In this document: positions 9,638-20,339 of the stretch, piece by piece | How positions within the stretch are numbered: the first letter of the stretch is position 1 | Layout: every line of letters starts with the position of its first letter | DNA from: Clostridiales bacterium | Lineage (GTDB): Bacteria; Bacillota; Clostridia; Lachnospirales; Lachnospiraceae | Direction of reading: 5' to 3' | DNA length: 64,000 bases | Assembly: GCA_012523925.1 (NCBI GenBank) | Contig: JAAYSQ010000042.1 | Coordinates: 861-64,860 of the forward strand | Position numbers and translations under genes: made by a program | Notes under the pieces: generated by a model | Told to the model about the DNA's origin: nothing | Seen by the model: only the letters and a program-made list of their open reading frames with translations | Database searches by the model: none

Positions 9638-11038
9638 ATGAAAGAGGGGGACAAGGATAGCTTAGCAAATACCGATACAACAGAAAGAATCATGGAAAGT
9701 GAAAATATAGAAGCCGAGGATGATGAGAGTAGAATAGATAGCATCGATGCGGCTTCTATAAATGATATAGATATAGATGATATTTCAATCGATATGGATG
9801 CTTTTGATGGCTATGATGAAGAGTTGAACTGGGATTCTTTTAATCAGATATTAAAGCAACAAGTGAATGACGAGTTGTCCGCGCATAAGGAGGACGGTGG
9901 TAATACGGCTAGGAAAATGAATATTTTAAAAAGAGCATTCATAATATCGGGCATTGCCTTGGCAGTAATGCTCCTTTTTGGAATCTTTTTGATTGGGACA
10001 AGGCCTGGTCGAAGGATTATCTACCGACTTGCGGGAAATATGATCCACGATAATGTAGATACGGTAAATAATAACAATGGCGTAGACGGTGAAACTGCAA
10101 TTGTATGGGGAATGCAGGCAGATATCGACAAGAAAGAGGGTACTGATGAAGAGGGTAAAGATAAGTTTTCTAACTTAGAAAATGAAATCCCTAGCAAGGT
10201 TATTATTCCGCGCCAGGAGGAATATGTTAGTAATTTTCTGATATTTGGTATTGAAGAAATACAAGGGGCAAAGAATACCGATGCGATTATGATTGCCTCG
10301 ATTAATACGCAGGATGATACTATTAAGTTAACCTCATTGCTTCGGGACACTTTAGTTGATATAGCGGGTATTGGTCCGTGCAAGCTAAATGCTATCTATG
10401 CCAAGGGCGGTGCAAGTCAATTGGTAAAGGCGGTTGAGCAAAACTATAGAATTAAAATTGATGGATATGCCTCTATTAATTTTGAAGATTTTGAGGCTGC
10501 GATTAATCTTCTTGGCGGAGTTTCCATTGAACTAGGCGAGAAAGAAGCGAGGTACCTTAATAAAACCAATTATATCTCCAATCCTGCCTATCGTAATGTT
10601 GTTCCGGGTTGGAATATACTAAATGGTAACCAGGCTCTTGGTTACTGTCGTATACGTAGAGTTCAGACTCTAGGAGGAGCCAATGATGATTATGGAAGAA
10701 CCCTCCGTCAACGAAGGGTGATAAAGGCAATATTTAATCAATATAAAAAGAGGAATGTTTTTGATTTGTTATCTATAACTAAGAAGTGCCTAGGGTATGT
10801 AACTACCAATGTTACTCAATCTCAGATTGAAGCGATGTTAGAGGATGTTATAGAGAATAAGATTACTTCAATGGACACATGTCGAATTCCGGTTAACGGC
10901 ATGTTTGATGATCCGCTTGAATATAATGGAGTTTCAGCTCCCTTGGTGCTTGAATGGGAAGAGAATATTCAGGAATTGCATAAATTTATCTTCCTAGATG
11001 AAGAAAAAGATACTATGGTGACAAATACCACTAATTAA
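9638..11038 (+). CDS. LCP (LytR-CpsA-Psr) family cell-wall glycopolymer transferase
   Basis: Single TM, then NFLIFG, TDAIMIAS, SLLRD, LNGNQALGYCRIR, DYGRTLRQRRVI. Long acidic N-terminal tail. Confidence 0.9.
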   Translation: MKEGDKDSLANTDTTERIMESENIEAEDDESRIDSIDAASINDIDIDDISIDMDAFDGYDEELNWDSFNQILKQQVNDELSAHKEDGGNTARKMNILKRAFIISGIALAVMLLFGIFLIGTRPGRRIIYRLAGNMIHDNVDTVNNNNGVDGETAIVWGMQADIDKKEGTDEEGKDKFSNLENEIPSKVIIPRQEEYVSNFLIFGIEEIQGAKNTDAIMIASINTQDDTIKLTSLLRDTLVDIAGIGPCKLNAIYAKGGASQLVKAVEQNYRIKIDGYASINFEDFEAAINLLGGVSIELGEKEARYLNKTNYISNPAYRNVVPGWNILNGNQALGYCRIRRVQTLGGANDDYGRTLRQRRVIKAIFNQYKKRNVFDLLSITKKCLGYVTTNVTQSQIEAMLEDVIENKITSMDTCRIPVNGMFDDPLEYNGVSAPLVLEWEENIQELHKFIFLDEEKDTMVTNTTN

Positions 11039-11051
11039 TATTTAGTGATAG

Positions 11052-11093
11052 AAAGAGCGTCAACTACCCTTACGAGAGTAATGACGCTCTTTT
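11052..11093. terminator. Bidirectional intrinsic terminator
   Basis: AAAGAGCGTCA/TGACGCTCTTT inverted repeat between convergent genes. Confidence 0.75.
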
Positions 11094-11117
11094 CCTATTT
11101 ATTAAGAGAAATAATTT

Positions 11118-11813
11118 CTATCTAGGTCTTTTTGCAACTTTAGGTCTTAAGGTATGCCTGGTTCTGATTTGACCTTGGTATAAATTTTCCGATTTTTTAC
11201 GTAATATTTCCATCTGCCTTTTGGCTATAAATTTCCCCAGTGTCTTATTATTTTCATTTAATTTGCATCCATAGAGATAGGACTCTAGATGTTCAAGATA
11301 GTCCTTACGGATAATTATTCCGGTTAAAGTTATATTACGATTGCGATCCTTAAGTTTTAAACGGAAAGTTCGATGAATACTAAGATCATCTTTTGTAATA
11401 AATGCAACACCAGTTTCGCTTATATCTTTAACTAACACGTTGATTGTTGTAGTTCCGCTTGCCGTATTAATATATAGAGGCATATCTTCACCAATATACA
11501 TACGATAGGAATTTCTACGATTGTAGGGCATACCTTCTCCGCTTACCTCTATGGTATGGCAAATATACTCATCATATTTGACTAATTTAACCTTCACATC
11601 TTCCCAACAGAATACTTTTCTGTCTATAATATATAAGAAATTTACCTGATAATTTTCGGTAAAACCTAAGGTTTGATCATCAACAGTAATGGGGTTGATA
11701 ATAATAGTAGAATCTTTAATTCCTATAACTTGGCTTCGAAAACTTGTTTTCCGTCCATTATATTTTACTTCGAGTTCGATATTTGCCCCAATTTGAATTT
11801 CTTGAATCTGCAA
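11118..11813 (-). CDS. YcgR-like flagellar brake / PilZ domain protein
   Basis: RRNSYR (RxxxR) and DISETG (DxSxxG) c-di-GMP motifs after an N-terminal beta domain. Confidence 0.85.
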   Translation of the reverse strand: MQIQEIQIGANIELEVKYNGRKTSFRSQVIGIKDSTIIINPITVDDQTLGFTENYQVNFLYIIDRKVFCWEDVKVKLVKYDEYICHTIEVSGEGMPYNRRNSYRMYIGEDMPLYINTASGTTTINVLVKDISETGVAFITKDDLSIHRTFRLKLKDRNRNITLTGIIIRKDYLEHLESYLYGCKLNENNKTLGKFIAKRQMEILRKKSENLYQGQIRTRHTLRPKVAKRPR

Positions 11814-12046
11814 AATTTATCCCCCTATAAATTGCTCTATATAGTATATAATAATTTTATACATTTTACAACGAATTTTAACAATATTGTTAATATTTCT
11901 CACTTTTTTGATATTATGAAAAATTACTTTTCCTAAAGGGAAAATAAAAAGTAATCTTTACCAACTTATGATAATTTGTTATAATTGCAAACAAAAAGTA
12001 TATTCTTGGCTTATGATGAAAGAATAGCATAGGAAGGTTGATGCTA

Positions 12047-12883
12047 ATGAAGTTTACAAAAATGCAGGGTTGTGGGAATGATTATGTTTATGTTGATTGT
12101 ACCAAGGAAGTTATAGATAATATTCCGGATGTAGCCCGAAAGGTAAGTGATAGGCACTTTGGTATTGGATCCGATGGATTAATTCTCATTCGAGCGTCAA
12201 ATAAAGCTGATTTTATGATGGATATGTATAATTATGATGGATCCAGATCCCAAATGTGCGGTAATGGGATTCGTTGTGTTGCAAAATATGTTTATGATTA
12301 TGGATTAACGGATAAGAAACATATTCAGATTGAGACATTGAGTGGGATAAAAGAGCTGGATTTACATGTGACGGATGGTGTGGTTACTTCGGTAACAGTA
12401 GATATGGGAAAACCAATCCTAAAGCCCTCTCTAATTCCAGTAAAATTGGATAAAGAAATTGTTATTAATGAGCCCATAATGGTTGATGGTCAAACCTATG
12501 AGGTGACTTGTGTATCTATGGGAAATCCCCATGCAATTGTATTCGTTGAAGATACCAAGAATATTCCTATTGATAGGATTGGGCCTCTTTTTGAGCAACA
12601 TGAGATGTTCCCGGAGAGAGTCAACACTGAATTTATACAAGTGATTGATCGTACACATATAAATATGCGTGTATGGGAACGAGGATCCGGTGAAACCTTG
12701 GCCTGTGGTACTGGTGCATGTGCCAGTGTAATTGCATGTATTCTCAATGGTTATACGGATCATGAGGTAACAGTATCACTTCTTGGGGGGGATTTAGTCA
12801 TCCGTTATGATGAAAAGCTTGATCGAGTATTTATGACAGGGCCGGCAGTAAAGGTGTTTGATGGTGAGATTTTTCTGGATTGA
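12047..12883 (+). CDS. dapF: Diaminopimelate epimerase
   Basis: FTKMQGCGND, MCGNGIRC, ERGSGETLACGTG. The start could be 12038, 12041 or 12047. Confidence 0.96.
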   Translation: MKFTKMQGCGNDYVYVDCTKEVIDNIPDVARKVSDRHFGIGSDGLILIRASNKADFMMDMYNYDGSRSQMCGNGIRCVAKYVYDYGLTDKKHIQIETLSGIKELDLHVTDGVVTSVTVDMGKPILKPSLIPVKLDKEIVINEPIMVDGQTYEVTCVSMGNPHAIVFVEDTKNIPIDRIGPLFEQHEMFPERVNTEFIQVIDRTHINMRVWERGSGETLACGTGACASVIACILNGYTDHEVTVSLLGGDLVIRYDEKLDRVFMTGPAVKVFDGEIFLD

Positions 12884-13103
12884 TATAAAATACCAATAAT
12901 GGTATACTAATAAGCGTGAATAAAGTAAAAAATATTATTGATGATAAAGCTTAATAACACGAGAGTTTAGCTAATAAGCAAGCTTTATGTATTTTTTTGT
13001 GCAATTTATCTGGGTTTCAGGACTTGATTTTTAAGCTTCATAATATAAATATAAGAATTACCAAATTACTATATAGATTTATTGAGAAAGGTTTTGATAT
13101 AAA

Positions 13104-14129
13104 GTGATTTATCCTGAAAAACTGGAAAAGGGCTTTAAAATTGGCGTAACTGCTACTTCCGAAGGATTTGTAAAGGAAACGGACATTAGACGTTTGGAAA
13201 GAGGCATACGTCATTTTTCTGAGATGGGATATCCGGTCATTGAAACAAAGAATGTACGTAGTGGTTTCAAAGGAAGAAGTTCTGATGGACTTACAAGGGC
13301 TAATGAGCTGATGGAACTATTTGAGAATCCAGAAGTACGCGTCATCTTTGCAGCAAGTGGTGGTGACTATCTGGTAGAAATGCTTCCTTTTATTAATTAT
13401 GATAAGTTAAAGAAGAACCCCAAATGGGTGCAGGGATACTCCGACACTACTGGGCTTACCTTTACTTTAACAACAAATTTGGATATAGCAACAATATATG
13501 CAAGTAATTTCAGCAGTTTTGGCATGGACCAATGGCATAGCTCGCTGAAAGATAACATAAAGATTTTAGAGGGAGAAGATTTCACTCAAGAGAGTTTTAA
13601 ACAATTTCAGGATGGCTTTAAAGAGAAGATTACAGGTCTCGAAGGTTATGTTTTAGAAAAAGATGTGGAATGGAGAAATCTATATCCTGTTAATGAGCCA
13701 TCGGATGAAATTGTAATAAGCGGAAGGGCACTTGGGGGATGTCTAGACGTACTTCTTAATCTTGTTGGAACCAGATTTGATAAAACTAAAGAATTTGTGG
13801 ATAAGTACAAGCAGGATGGAATTGTCTGGTTCTTAGAAAGTTATGATTTAAATAGTGAAGCCTTAGTAAGAGGATTATGGCAGTTAAAGGAGGCTGGTTG
13901 GTTCGCTCATGCATCCGGTTTTATCTTTGGAAGACCAGCCATGTTCCATACGTATACAGATACTACTTATGAGGAAGCGGTTAAATCTGTATTAGGTGAG
14001 CTTAACTTACCTATCATTTTAGATGCTGATATCGGGCATAAACCACCACAGTTAACGATGATGAATGGTGCGATTACAACCATCAAAAGCAAAGGTGGTA
14101 AAGGAAATATTACTTTTGAAAGAAGGTAA
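13104..14129 (+). CDS. S66 family LD-carboxypeptidase (MccF-like)
   Basis: GYSDTT catalytic Ser, GGCL, WFLES, DIGH motifs. Confidence 0.88.
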   Translation: MIYPEKLEKGFKIGVTATSEGFVKETDIRRLERGIRHFSEMGYPVIETKNVRSGFKGRSSDGLTRANELMELFENPEVRVIFAASGGDYLVEMLPFINYDKLKKNPKWVQGYSDTTGLTFTLTTNLDIATIYASNFSSFGMDQWHSSLKDNIKILEGEDFTQESFKQFQDGFKEKITGLEGYVLEKDVEWRNLYPVNEPSDEIVISGRALGGCLDVLLNLVGTRFDKTKEFVDKYKQDGIVWFLESYDLNSEALVRGLWQLKEAGWFAHASGFIFGRPAMFHTYTDTTYEEAVKSVLGELNLPIILDADIGHKPPQLTMMNGAITTIKSKGGKGNITFERR

Positions 14130-14131
14130 CA

Positions 14132-16294
14132 TTGCGTATGAGTGGGGAAGAGAAGAAGGATAACTCTAGTAGCAATCCATGGCTTTTAAAATTAACGGAG
14201 TATTTTACAAAAGCCAATGAATTTATTAGAAAATATTGGGATTATAAAGATGTCGATAAAAGAAATAGTGTGATTTATCCCTTTTTCTTTTATACAGGAA
14301 CTTTGATTTATCTAGAAATCATGCTACACCTTTTACTTTATAGTAGTGTGGATAATAAAATAATCTATCCGATCTTATTTGCTTTGCCATTTGGATTACT
14401 TTTGGCGCTACTGACCGGATTTTTTAGTGCTACGGTAAATAAAAGGTTGATGTGGGTATTAACAGGAGCGGTCTGTTTAATCTTTGGTACCCAATTAATT
14501 TACTTTAATATTTTCAAAGTGTATTTTTCCTTTCAATCCATCGGTATGGCAGGGGATGCATTTTCAGAATTCGGTTCTGATGTTGTAACGGCGATTAAGA
14601 GCAATATCAGTGAATTGCTCCTGCTTTCTTTACCAATGCCGGTTCTTGCCTTATTATTGAGTAAGGGGTTAAATCATGGCAAGAGAGATCAAAAAGAGCA
14701 AGCGGTTATGGGAATTGGAATTATATTAATGCATTTACTGGTCCTACTTTTTCTTCCTTTCTTTGGCCGAGAAGATTACACTCCTTATGATTTGTATCAT
14801 AATAATAGGGTGCATGATCTTGCTGGTAAGCAATTGGGAATTGCTACTATGACTCGTTTGGACATTGGGAGGTTAATTAATCCGGAAGAGGAGCTGGTAC
14901 TGGCAGATTCTCCAGCAGTAGAATGGAGTAAGCCAACCGTAGTTCCAACACCGAAACAAAAATCAAAAGCAGTACAGAATTCAAGACCTAGCAATTCGAA
15001 CGCCACACCGACGCCAAGCCCGCTACCAACACCAACACCAATCGATACATCACCAAATGTGATGGATATTGATTTTCAGGCTTTAGCGGAAAAGGAAAAG
15101 GATAGTACAATCCGGACGTTACATGAATATTTCGCATCGGTTACCCCGACAAATAAGAATAAATATACAGGTATGTTTGAGGGATATAATCTAATTATGA
15201 TAACGGCAGAAGGGTTCTCCCCCTATGCTGTTCACAAAGACCTTACCCCTACTTTATATAAATTAACCCATGAAGGATTTGTCTTTAATAATTTTTACAC
15301 AGCACTATGGCAAACCAGCACCAGTGATGGTGAATACGTTGCGATGACTGGTCTTATTCCAGTCGGTACAAGAAGTATGTACCGAACTAGAAATAACTAT
15401 ATGCCATTTGCGCTTGGACATCAATTTAATCGATTGGGTGTCGATAGTAAGGCTTATCATAACCACACCTATACCTATTATCAACGGAATGAAACCCATC
15501 CAAATCTCGGGTACATTTTTAAAGCAAAAGGGAATGGATTGGAATTACCATCCGATGTGTGGCCGGAATCAGATCTAGAAATGATTGAAGCTACGGTGGA
15601 TGAATATATACAAGAAGAAAGATTTCATGTCTACTACCTAACAGTTAGTGGACATATGAATTATACATTTGTGGGTAATAGTATGTCTTTCAAGAATCGA
15701 AAACTAGTTGCTGATTTGCCTTATTCCTCTGATGCGAAAGCCTATATTGCCTGTCAGATAGAGCTGGATCTTGCCCTAAAGGAGTTACTTCAGAGATTAG
15801 AGGAGGCTGGGGTTGCAGATCGAACAGTTATAGCACTAAGTGCAGATCATTATCCCTATGGGTGGGAAAAAGAGAAACTAGATGAACTTGCTGGGCATGA
15901 AGTGGATCCTAACTTTGAAGTTTATAAAAACCATTTTATTCTGTGGAACGCCGGAATGAAAGAGAATATTATCGTAGATAAGCCATGCTCAAGTTTAGAT
16001 ATCTTACCGACATTATCGAACCTATTTGGTATTGAATATGATTCCCGACTCCTTATGGGGCAGGATATTTTCTCAGATGCATCACCTTTGGTAATTTTAT
16101 CTGACCGAAGTTTTATAACAGATAAGGTGATGTATAATTCAGAGTCAGGAGAGGTTACGAACCTAACTGGCGAAGAAATTCCTAAGGGCTATATTAAATC
16201 AATCAATAGTATCATTAAGAATAAATTTTCGGTATCGCAAAGTATAGTGGAAGAGGATTATTACCGCCATGTATTCCAGAACGATATCCAATGA
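14132..16294 (+). CDS. LTA synthase-family sulfatase-like membrane protein
   Basis: Five N-terminal TMs, a Pro/Thr linker, NLIMITAE, TSTSDGEY (catalytic Thr), TVSGH, SADHYPY. Confidence 0.85.
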   Translation: MRMSGEEKKDNSSSNPWLLKLTEYFTKANEFIRKYWDYKDVDKRNSVIYPFFFYTGTLIYLEIMLHLLLYSSVDNKIIYPILFALPFGLLLALLTGFFSATVNKRLMWVLTGAVCLIFGTQLIYFNIFKVYFSFQSIGMAGDAFSEFGSDVVTAIKSNISELLLLSLPMPVLALLLSKGLNHGKRDQKEQAVMGIGIILMHLLVLLFLPFFGREDYTPYDLYHNNRVHDLAGKQLGIATMTRLDIGRLINPEEELVLADSPAVEWSKPTVVPTPKQKSKAVQNSRPSNSNATPTPSPLPTPTPIDTSPNVMDIDFQALAEKEKDSTIRTLHEYFASVTPTNKNKYTGMFEGYNLIMITAEGFSPYAVHKDLTPTLYKLTHEGFVFNNFYTALWQTSTSDGEYVAMTGLIPVGTRSMYRTRNNYMPFALGHQFNRLGVDSKAYHNHTYTYYQRNETHPNLGYIFKAKGNGLELPSDVWPESDLEMIEATVDEYIQEERFHVYYLTVSGHMNYTFVGNSMSFKNRKLVADLPYSSDAKAYIACQIELDLALKELLQRLEEAGVADRTVIALSADHYPYGWEKEKLDELAGHEVDPNFEVYKNHFILWNAGMKENIIVDKPCSSLDILPTLSNLFGIEYDSRLLMGQDIFSDASPLVILSDRSFITDKVMYNSESGEVTNLTGEEIPKGYIKSINSIIKNKFSVSQSIVEEDYYRHVFQNDIQ

Positions 16295-16337
16295 TCAATG
16301 GTTTGAATGATGGAATTACCCATTGGACTTGTTTCTC

Positions 16338-16380
16338 ATCCCGAGGAATTTTGAATTAATCAAAGTTCTTCGGGATTTTT
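16338..16380 (+). terminator. Intrinsic terminator
   Basis: ATCCCGAGGAATTTTGA/TCAAAGTTCTTCGGGAT followed by a T run. Confidence 0.8.
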
Positions 16381-16492
16381 GCTGTCGGTTGGGCAAAGGT
16401 CAGGATGTGACTTAATCAAAGCTTCTACGAAAGATGTTTATAGGAAGTGAAATAGGGATTATAATAAATATAGTAAGAAAGGTAGGTACATT

Positions 16493-16780
16493 ATGATAAT
16501 TACAGAGGAAACGTTTCAATCTATGGCAGCTTTGGCAAAGCTTACATTTAGTGAAAAGGAAAAAAAACAGCTTTTAAAAGAGTTAAATGATTTTGTTAAT
16601 TATATAGAAACGATGAAAGGTTTAAATACCGATGGAGTGGCACCGATGGGCAACGTTCATGCGATTGAGAACGTATTAAGGAAGGATGTAGTCCTGAATA
16701 AGAATGATAAAGAAGCACTTCTTAAGAATGCACCAGAGCAAAAGAATGGTTCCTTTATGGTACCAAAGACAGTAGATTAG
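16493..16780 (+). CDS. gatC: Asp/Glu-tRNA amidotransferase subunit C
   Basis: LAKL..., NTDGVAPM, LKNAP...FMVPKTV. Directly precedes gatA. Confidence 0.93.
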   Translation: MIITEETFQSMAALAKLTFSEKEKKQLLKELNDFVNYIETMKGLNTDGVAPMGNVHAIENVLRKDVVLNKNDKEALLKNAPEQKNGSFMVPKTVD

Positions 16781-16790
16781 GAGGACACCA

Positions 16791-18320
16791 ATGATGGATA
16801 TCACATCTTTGCCAGCCTTAGTGCTGGGAAATATGATAAAGAATAGAGAAATATCGGTAGTGGAAGCTACCAAAGCACAATTGGATGCGATTAAGCAAAG
16901 AGAGCCATTTTATCATAGCTATATTACTGTAATGGAAGAAGAGGCATTATCCCAAGCGACTAAAGTTCAGAAGCGAATTGATGCGGGAGAACTTAGAAAA
17001 TCGGCCTTGGCGGGTGTACCTATGGCAGTAAAGGATAATATCTGTACTAAGGGAGTTAGAACAACTTGTGCTTCAAAAATGCTGCATAATTTTGAGCCAA
17101 GCTATGATGCCACTGTTATAGAAAGGTTAAAGCAGGCCGGGGTAATCATTTTAGGTAAGACAAATATGGATGAGTTTGCCATGGGTAGTACAACGGAGAA
17201 ATCCGCCTTTGGAGCTTCTAAGAATCCTTGGAATATATCCCATGTTCCCGGAGGATCCAGTGGTGGTTCTGCCTCCGTGGTAGCAGGGGAGGAAGCTTTC
17301 TTTGCCTTAGGGACAGATACCGGTGGATCTATTCGACAGCCGGCAGGATATTGCGGGATAATTGGCTTAAAGCCGACCTACGGTACGGTTTCTCGCTATG
17401 GCTTGATTGCCTATGCTTCATCATTGGATCAAATTGGGCCTATGGGAAGAAATGTATCTGATTGTACAGCGGTATTGGAAGTGATCGCTGGTCATGATGA
17501 AAAGGATTCTACATCCATACATCGAAAGGAACTAGATTTTAGAAAGGCTCTTATTGATGATGTTAAAGGAATGCGTATTGGAGTACCAAAGGGGTACCTA
17601 GACGGGGAACTAGATGATGAAATTAAGGATAGACTTTATAGTGCAGTGAAAATATTCAGACAAAAAGGTGCCATTGTAGAAGAGTTCGACCTTGAAATGA
17701 TAGATTATGCGGTACCTGCCTATTATGTTATAGCCTGCGCGGAAGCTAGTTCTAACCTATCAAGATTTGATGGTGTAAAATACGGCTACCGGACTCCAAA
17801 TTATGAGAACCTTCAAGAGTTGTATGAGAAGAGCCGAAGTGAAGGGTTCGGAAGTGAGGTAAAGCGTAGAATAATGATGGGAACTCTAGTATTAAGCGAA
17901 AGCTATTATGATGCATATTATAGGAAAGCATTAAAAGTACGTTCCCTTATAAAACAAAATTTTAAGAAAGCATTTGAAAATGTTGATCTTATCCTCGGAC
18001 CAATTTCACCTCGAACAGCGCCAGAACTTGGAGAAAAGACACAGGGAACATTACAAAGTTATCGATCTGATATCTATACTGTATCGGTAAATCTAGCGGG
18101 TCTGCCTGCAATCAGCTTTCCGTGTGGTAGGGATAAGAAGGGTCTTCCGATTGGACTTCAATTGATTGGTAAGGAATTTGGGGAAAAGGATCTTATAAGA
18201 GCTGCTTACAGCTTTGAACAGGCTGTGGGATATGAAAGACCAACAACCTTAAGAGAAGGAATTGATATAGTAAATTCACAGGAAACTCAGATGCATCCAA
18301 ATAATAAATCACAAGATTAG
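16791..18320 (+). CDS. gatA: Asp/Glu-tRNA amidotransferase subunit A
   Basis: Amidase signature GGSSGGS, GTDTGGSIRQP, EASSNLSRFDG, RSEGFGSEVKRRI. Confidence 0.96.
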   Translation: MMDITSLPALVLGNMIKNREISVVEATKAQLDAIKQREPFYHSYITVMEEEALSQATKVQKRIDAGELRKSALAGVPMAVKDNICTKGVRTTCASKMLHNFEPSYDATVIERLKQAGVIILGKTNMDEFAMGSTTEKSAFGASKNPWNISHVPGGSSGGSASVVAGEEAFFALGTDTGGSIRQPAGYCGIIGLKPTYGTVSRYGLIAYASSLDQIGPMGRNVSDCTAVLEVIAGHDEKDSTSIHRKELDFRKALIDDVKGMRIGVPKGYLDGELDDEIKDRLYSAVKIFRQKGAIVEEFDLEMIDYAVPAYYVIACAEASSNLSRFDGVKYGYRTPNYENLQELYEKSRSEGFGSEVKRRIMMGTLVLSESYYDAYYRKALKVRSLIKQNFKKAFENVDLILGPISPRTAPELGEKTQGTLQSYRSDIYTVSVNLAGLPAISFPCGRDKKGLPIGLQLIGKEFGEKDLIRAAYSFEQAVGYERPTTLREGIDIVNSQETQMHPNNKSQD

Positions 18321-18341
18321 CAAAGGGAAGGAGGTCTTTAA

Positions 18342-19775
18342 GTGAAAAGATATGAAGTGGTAATTGGCTTGGAAGTTCATGTTGAACTATCAACCAAAAC
18401 AAAAATGTTCTGCTTCTGTAGCACAGAATTCGGAGGAGAACCAAATACGCAATGCTGTCCGGTATGTACCGGTATGCCTGGATCCCTTCCTGTAATAAAT
18501 AAGCAGGCGGTGGAATATGCAATTGCAGCAGGACTTGCTCTAAATTGTGATATTACCCAGCAATGTAGGTTTGATCGCAAAAATTATTTCTATCCGGATC
18601 TTCCGAAAGCATACCAAATCTCCCAACTTTATCAACCAATTGGAAGAAATGGTGGAATTACAATTGATACAGAGCTTGGGAAAAAAACCATAGGAATTCA
18701 TGAAATCCATATGGAGGAGGATGCTGGCAAGTTAACCCATATAGAAGATGGAAATTATACGCTGGTGGATTATAACCGCTGTGGAATTCCTCTAATTGAG
18801 ATTGTTAGTGAACCGGATATGCACTCTGCCAAAGAAGCTATTGCCTATCTGGAGAAATTAAAACAAATTTTAAAATACCTAGGAGTTTCCGATTGTAAGA
18901 TGCAGGAAGGCTCCTTAAGGGCTGATATCAATCTCTCTGTTCGTGAAGTAGGGGCTAAAGAACTGGGTACCAGAACAGAGATGAAAAATATGAACTCCTT
19001 TAAGGCAATCGCCAGAGCAATTGAAGGAGAAAAGAAAAGGCAGATTGCACTTTTAGAAAAGGGCGAACCGGTGATTAGGGAAACGAGACGTTGGGATGAT
19101 GAAAGGAACGCCAGTTTTGCTATGCGATCCAAAGAAGATGCCCGGGATTATCGATATTTCCCAGAACCAGATCTACCTCCATTAATAATAAGCGATGAAT
19201 GGATAGATGATATACGTAATCGTCAGCCGGAACTTGGTGATGAGAAGATGTTACGTTTTGAGAAGGAATTTGGCATACCAGCCTATGATGCTAAGATTAT
19301 TACCAGTGATAAATATCTGGCACAGTTTTTTGAGGAAACGGTAGCCATATGCGGCCGGCCAAAAGAAGTCTCCAATTGGTTAATGGTGGAAGTGATGCGT
19401 CTGTTAAAGGAAGAGGATATAGAGGCAGAAGAAATTTCATTTACCCCAGTGCAACTGGCAAAATTAATTGAAATGATTGAAGCGGGAAAGATTAATCGCA
19501 CGGTTGCTAAGGAGGTATTTGAGCATGTTTTCAAGGAGAATGTTGACCCGGATGAATACGTAATCGAGCATGGACTTAGCATGGTATCTGATGATGGAGT
19601 ACTTCAATCGATAATCGAAAAAGTGATTGCCGAAAACAGACAATCGGTGGAAGACTACAGGAATGGCAAAACAAAAGCTTTTGGATATCTGGTTGGACAA
19701 ACCATGAAGGAAACAAAGGGGAAGGCAGATCCTAAGATGGTAAATCAGATGATTAAGAAAATTCTAGATCAATGA
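18342..19775 (+). CDS. gatB: Asp/Glu-tRNA amidotransferase subunit B
   Basis: VIGLEVHVEL, FDRKNYFYPDLPKAYQISQ, DYRYFPEPDL. Confidence 0.97.
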   Translation: MKRYEVVIGLEVHVELSTKTKMFCFCSTEFGGEPNTQCCPVCTGMPGSLPVINKQAVEYAIAAGLALNCDITQQCRFDRKNYFYPDLPKAYQISQLYQPIGRNGGITIDTELGKKTIGIHEIHMEEDAGKLTHIEDGNYTLVDYNRCGIPLIEIVSEPDMHSAKEAIAYLEKLKQILKYLGVSDCKMQEGSLRADINLSVREVGAKELGTRTEMKNMNSFKAIARAIEGEKKRQIALLEKGEPVIRETRRWDDERNASFAMRSKEDARDYRYFPEPDLPPLIISDEWIDDIRNRQPELGDEKMLRFEKEFGIPAYDAKIITSDKYLAQFFEETVAICGRPKEVSNWLMVEVMRLLKEEDIEAEEISFTPVQLAKLIEMIEAGKINRTVAKEVFEHVFKENVDPDEYVIEHGLSMVSDDGVLQSIIEKVIAENRQSVEDYRNGKTKAFGYLVGQTMKETKGKADPKMVNQMIKKILDQ

Positions 19776-19919
19776 TTATATAACATTCTAAATCAATAAT
19801 TATATAATATTCTTATTTTGGCAACTTATCATTGTAAAAATCAACCATTTCTACTATAATAAAGAAGTGCCAATTCAAGGCAAAAAGGTATCTAAATTAA
19901 CTAGTAACAGGAGGGAACA

Positions 19920-20270
19920 ATGCAGGAGAGAAGAAGGGCAAAAAGAATGCCCGTTTCATTATCATTAGACATCATGAACCTATATAAGCAGGATAATATT
20001 CAAGTTAAAGATATTAACGCTCCCATTGAAGTGGTTAATATTTCAAAAATGGGTATAGGATTTAAATCCGAAAGTATATTACCGGTTGGCTATTATTTCA
20101 ATGCAACGCTTCAACTAAATGAAGAGGATGCCCTGCATTGTGTAATTAAGATTGTTCGTAGTCAACCATTGGAAGGTAAAATGCATATGTATGGTTGCGA
20201 ATTTGTAGGAATGGCGACCATCTTGTCATACATATTTGAAGAATATGATAGAAGAATTAGTGAAGAATAA
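19920..20270 (+). CDS. Stand-alone PilZ domain protein
   Basis: ERRRAKR and NISKMG motifs, YGCEF at the end. GGAGG RBS. Confidence 0.85.
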   Translation: MQERRRAKRMPVSLSLDIMNLYKQDNIQVKDINAPIEVVNISKMGIGFKSESILPVGYYFNATLQLNEEDALHCVIKIVRSQPLEGKMHMYGCEFVGMATILSYIFEEYDRRISEE

Positions 20271-20271
20271 T

Positions 20272-20326
20272 AAAATGCCTGCTTTTCGTTAGGTTCAATC
20301 TTATACCAACTAAGGCAGGCTTTTTT
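20272..20326 (+). terminator. Probable terminator between convergent genes
   Basis: GCCTGC/GCAGGC stem followed by a T run. Confidence 0.55.
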
Positions 20327-20339
20327 GTCTCTTTTTATC

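Noticed and set aside
11059-11069. GTCAACTACCC, similar to the 5' word of HEARO/omega RNAs
   Set aside because: It lies inside an ordinary bidirectional terminator, with no following CTAAAG hairpin and no IscB or TnpB gene.
16295-16492. T-box leader for gatCAB
   Set aside because: No AGGGTGGNACCGCG-type T-box or stem I found. The hairpin there is explained as the upstream gene's terminator.
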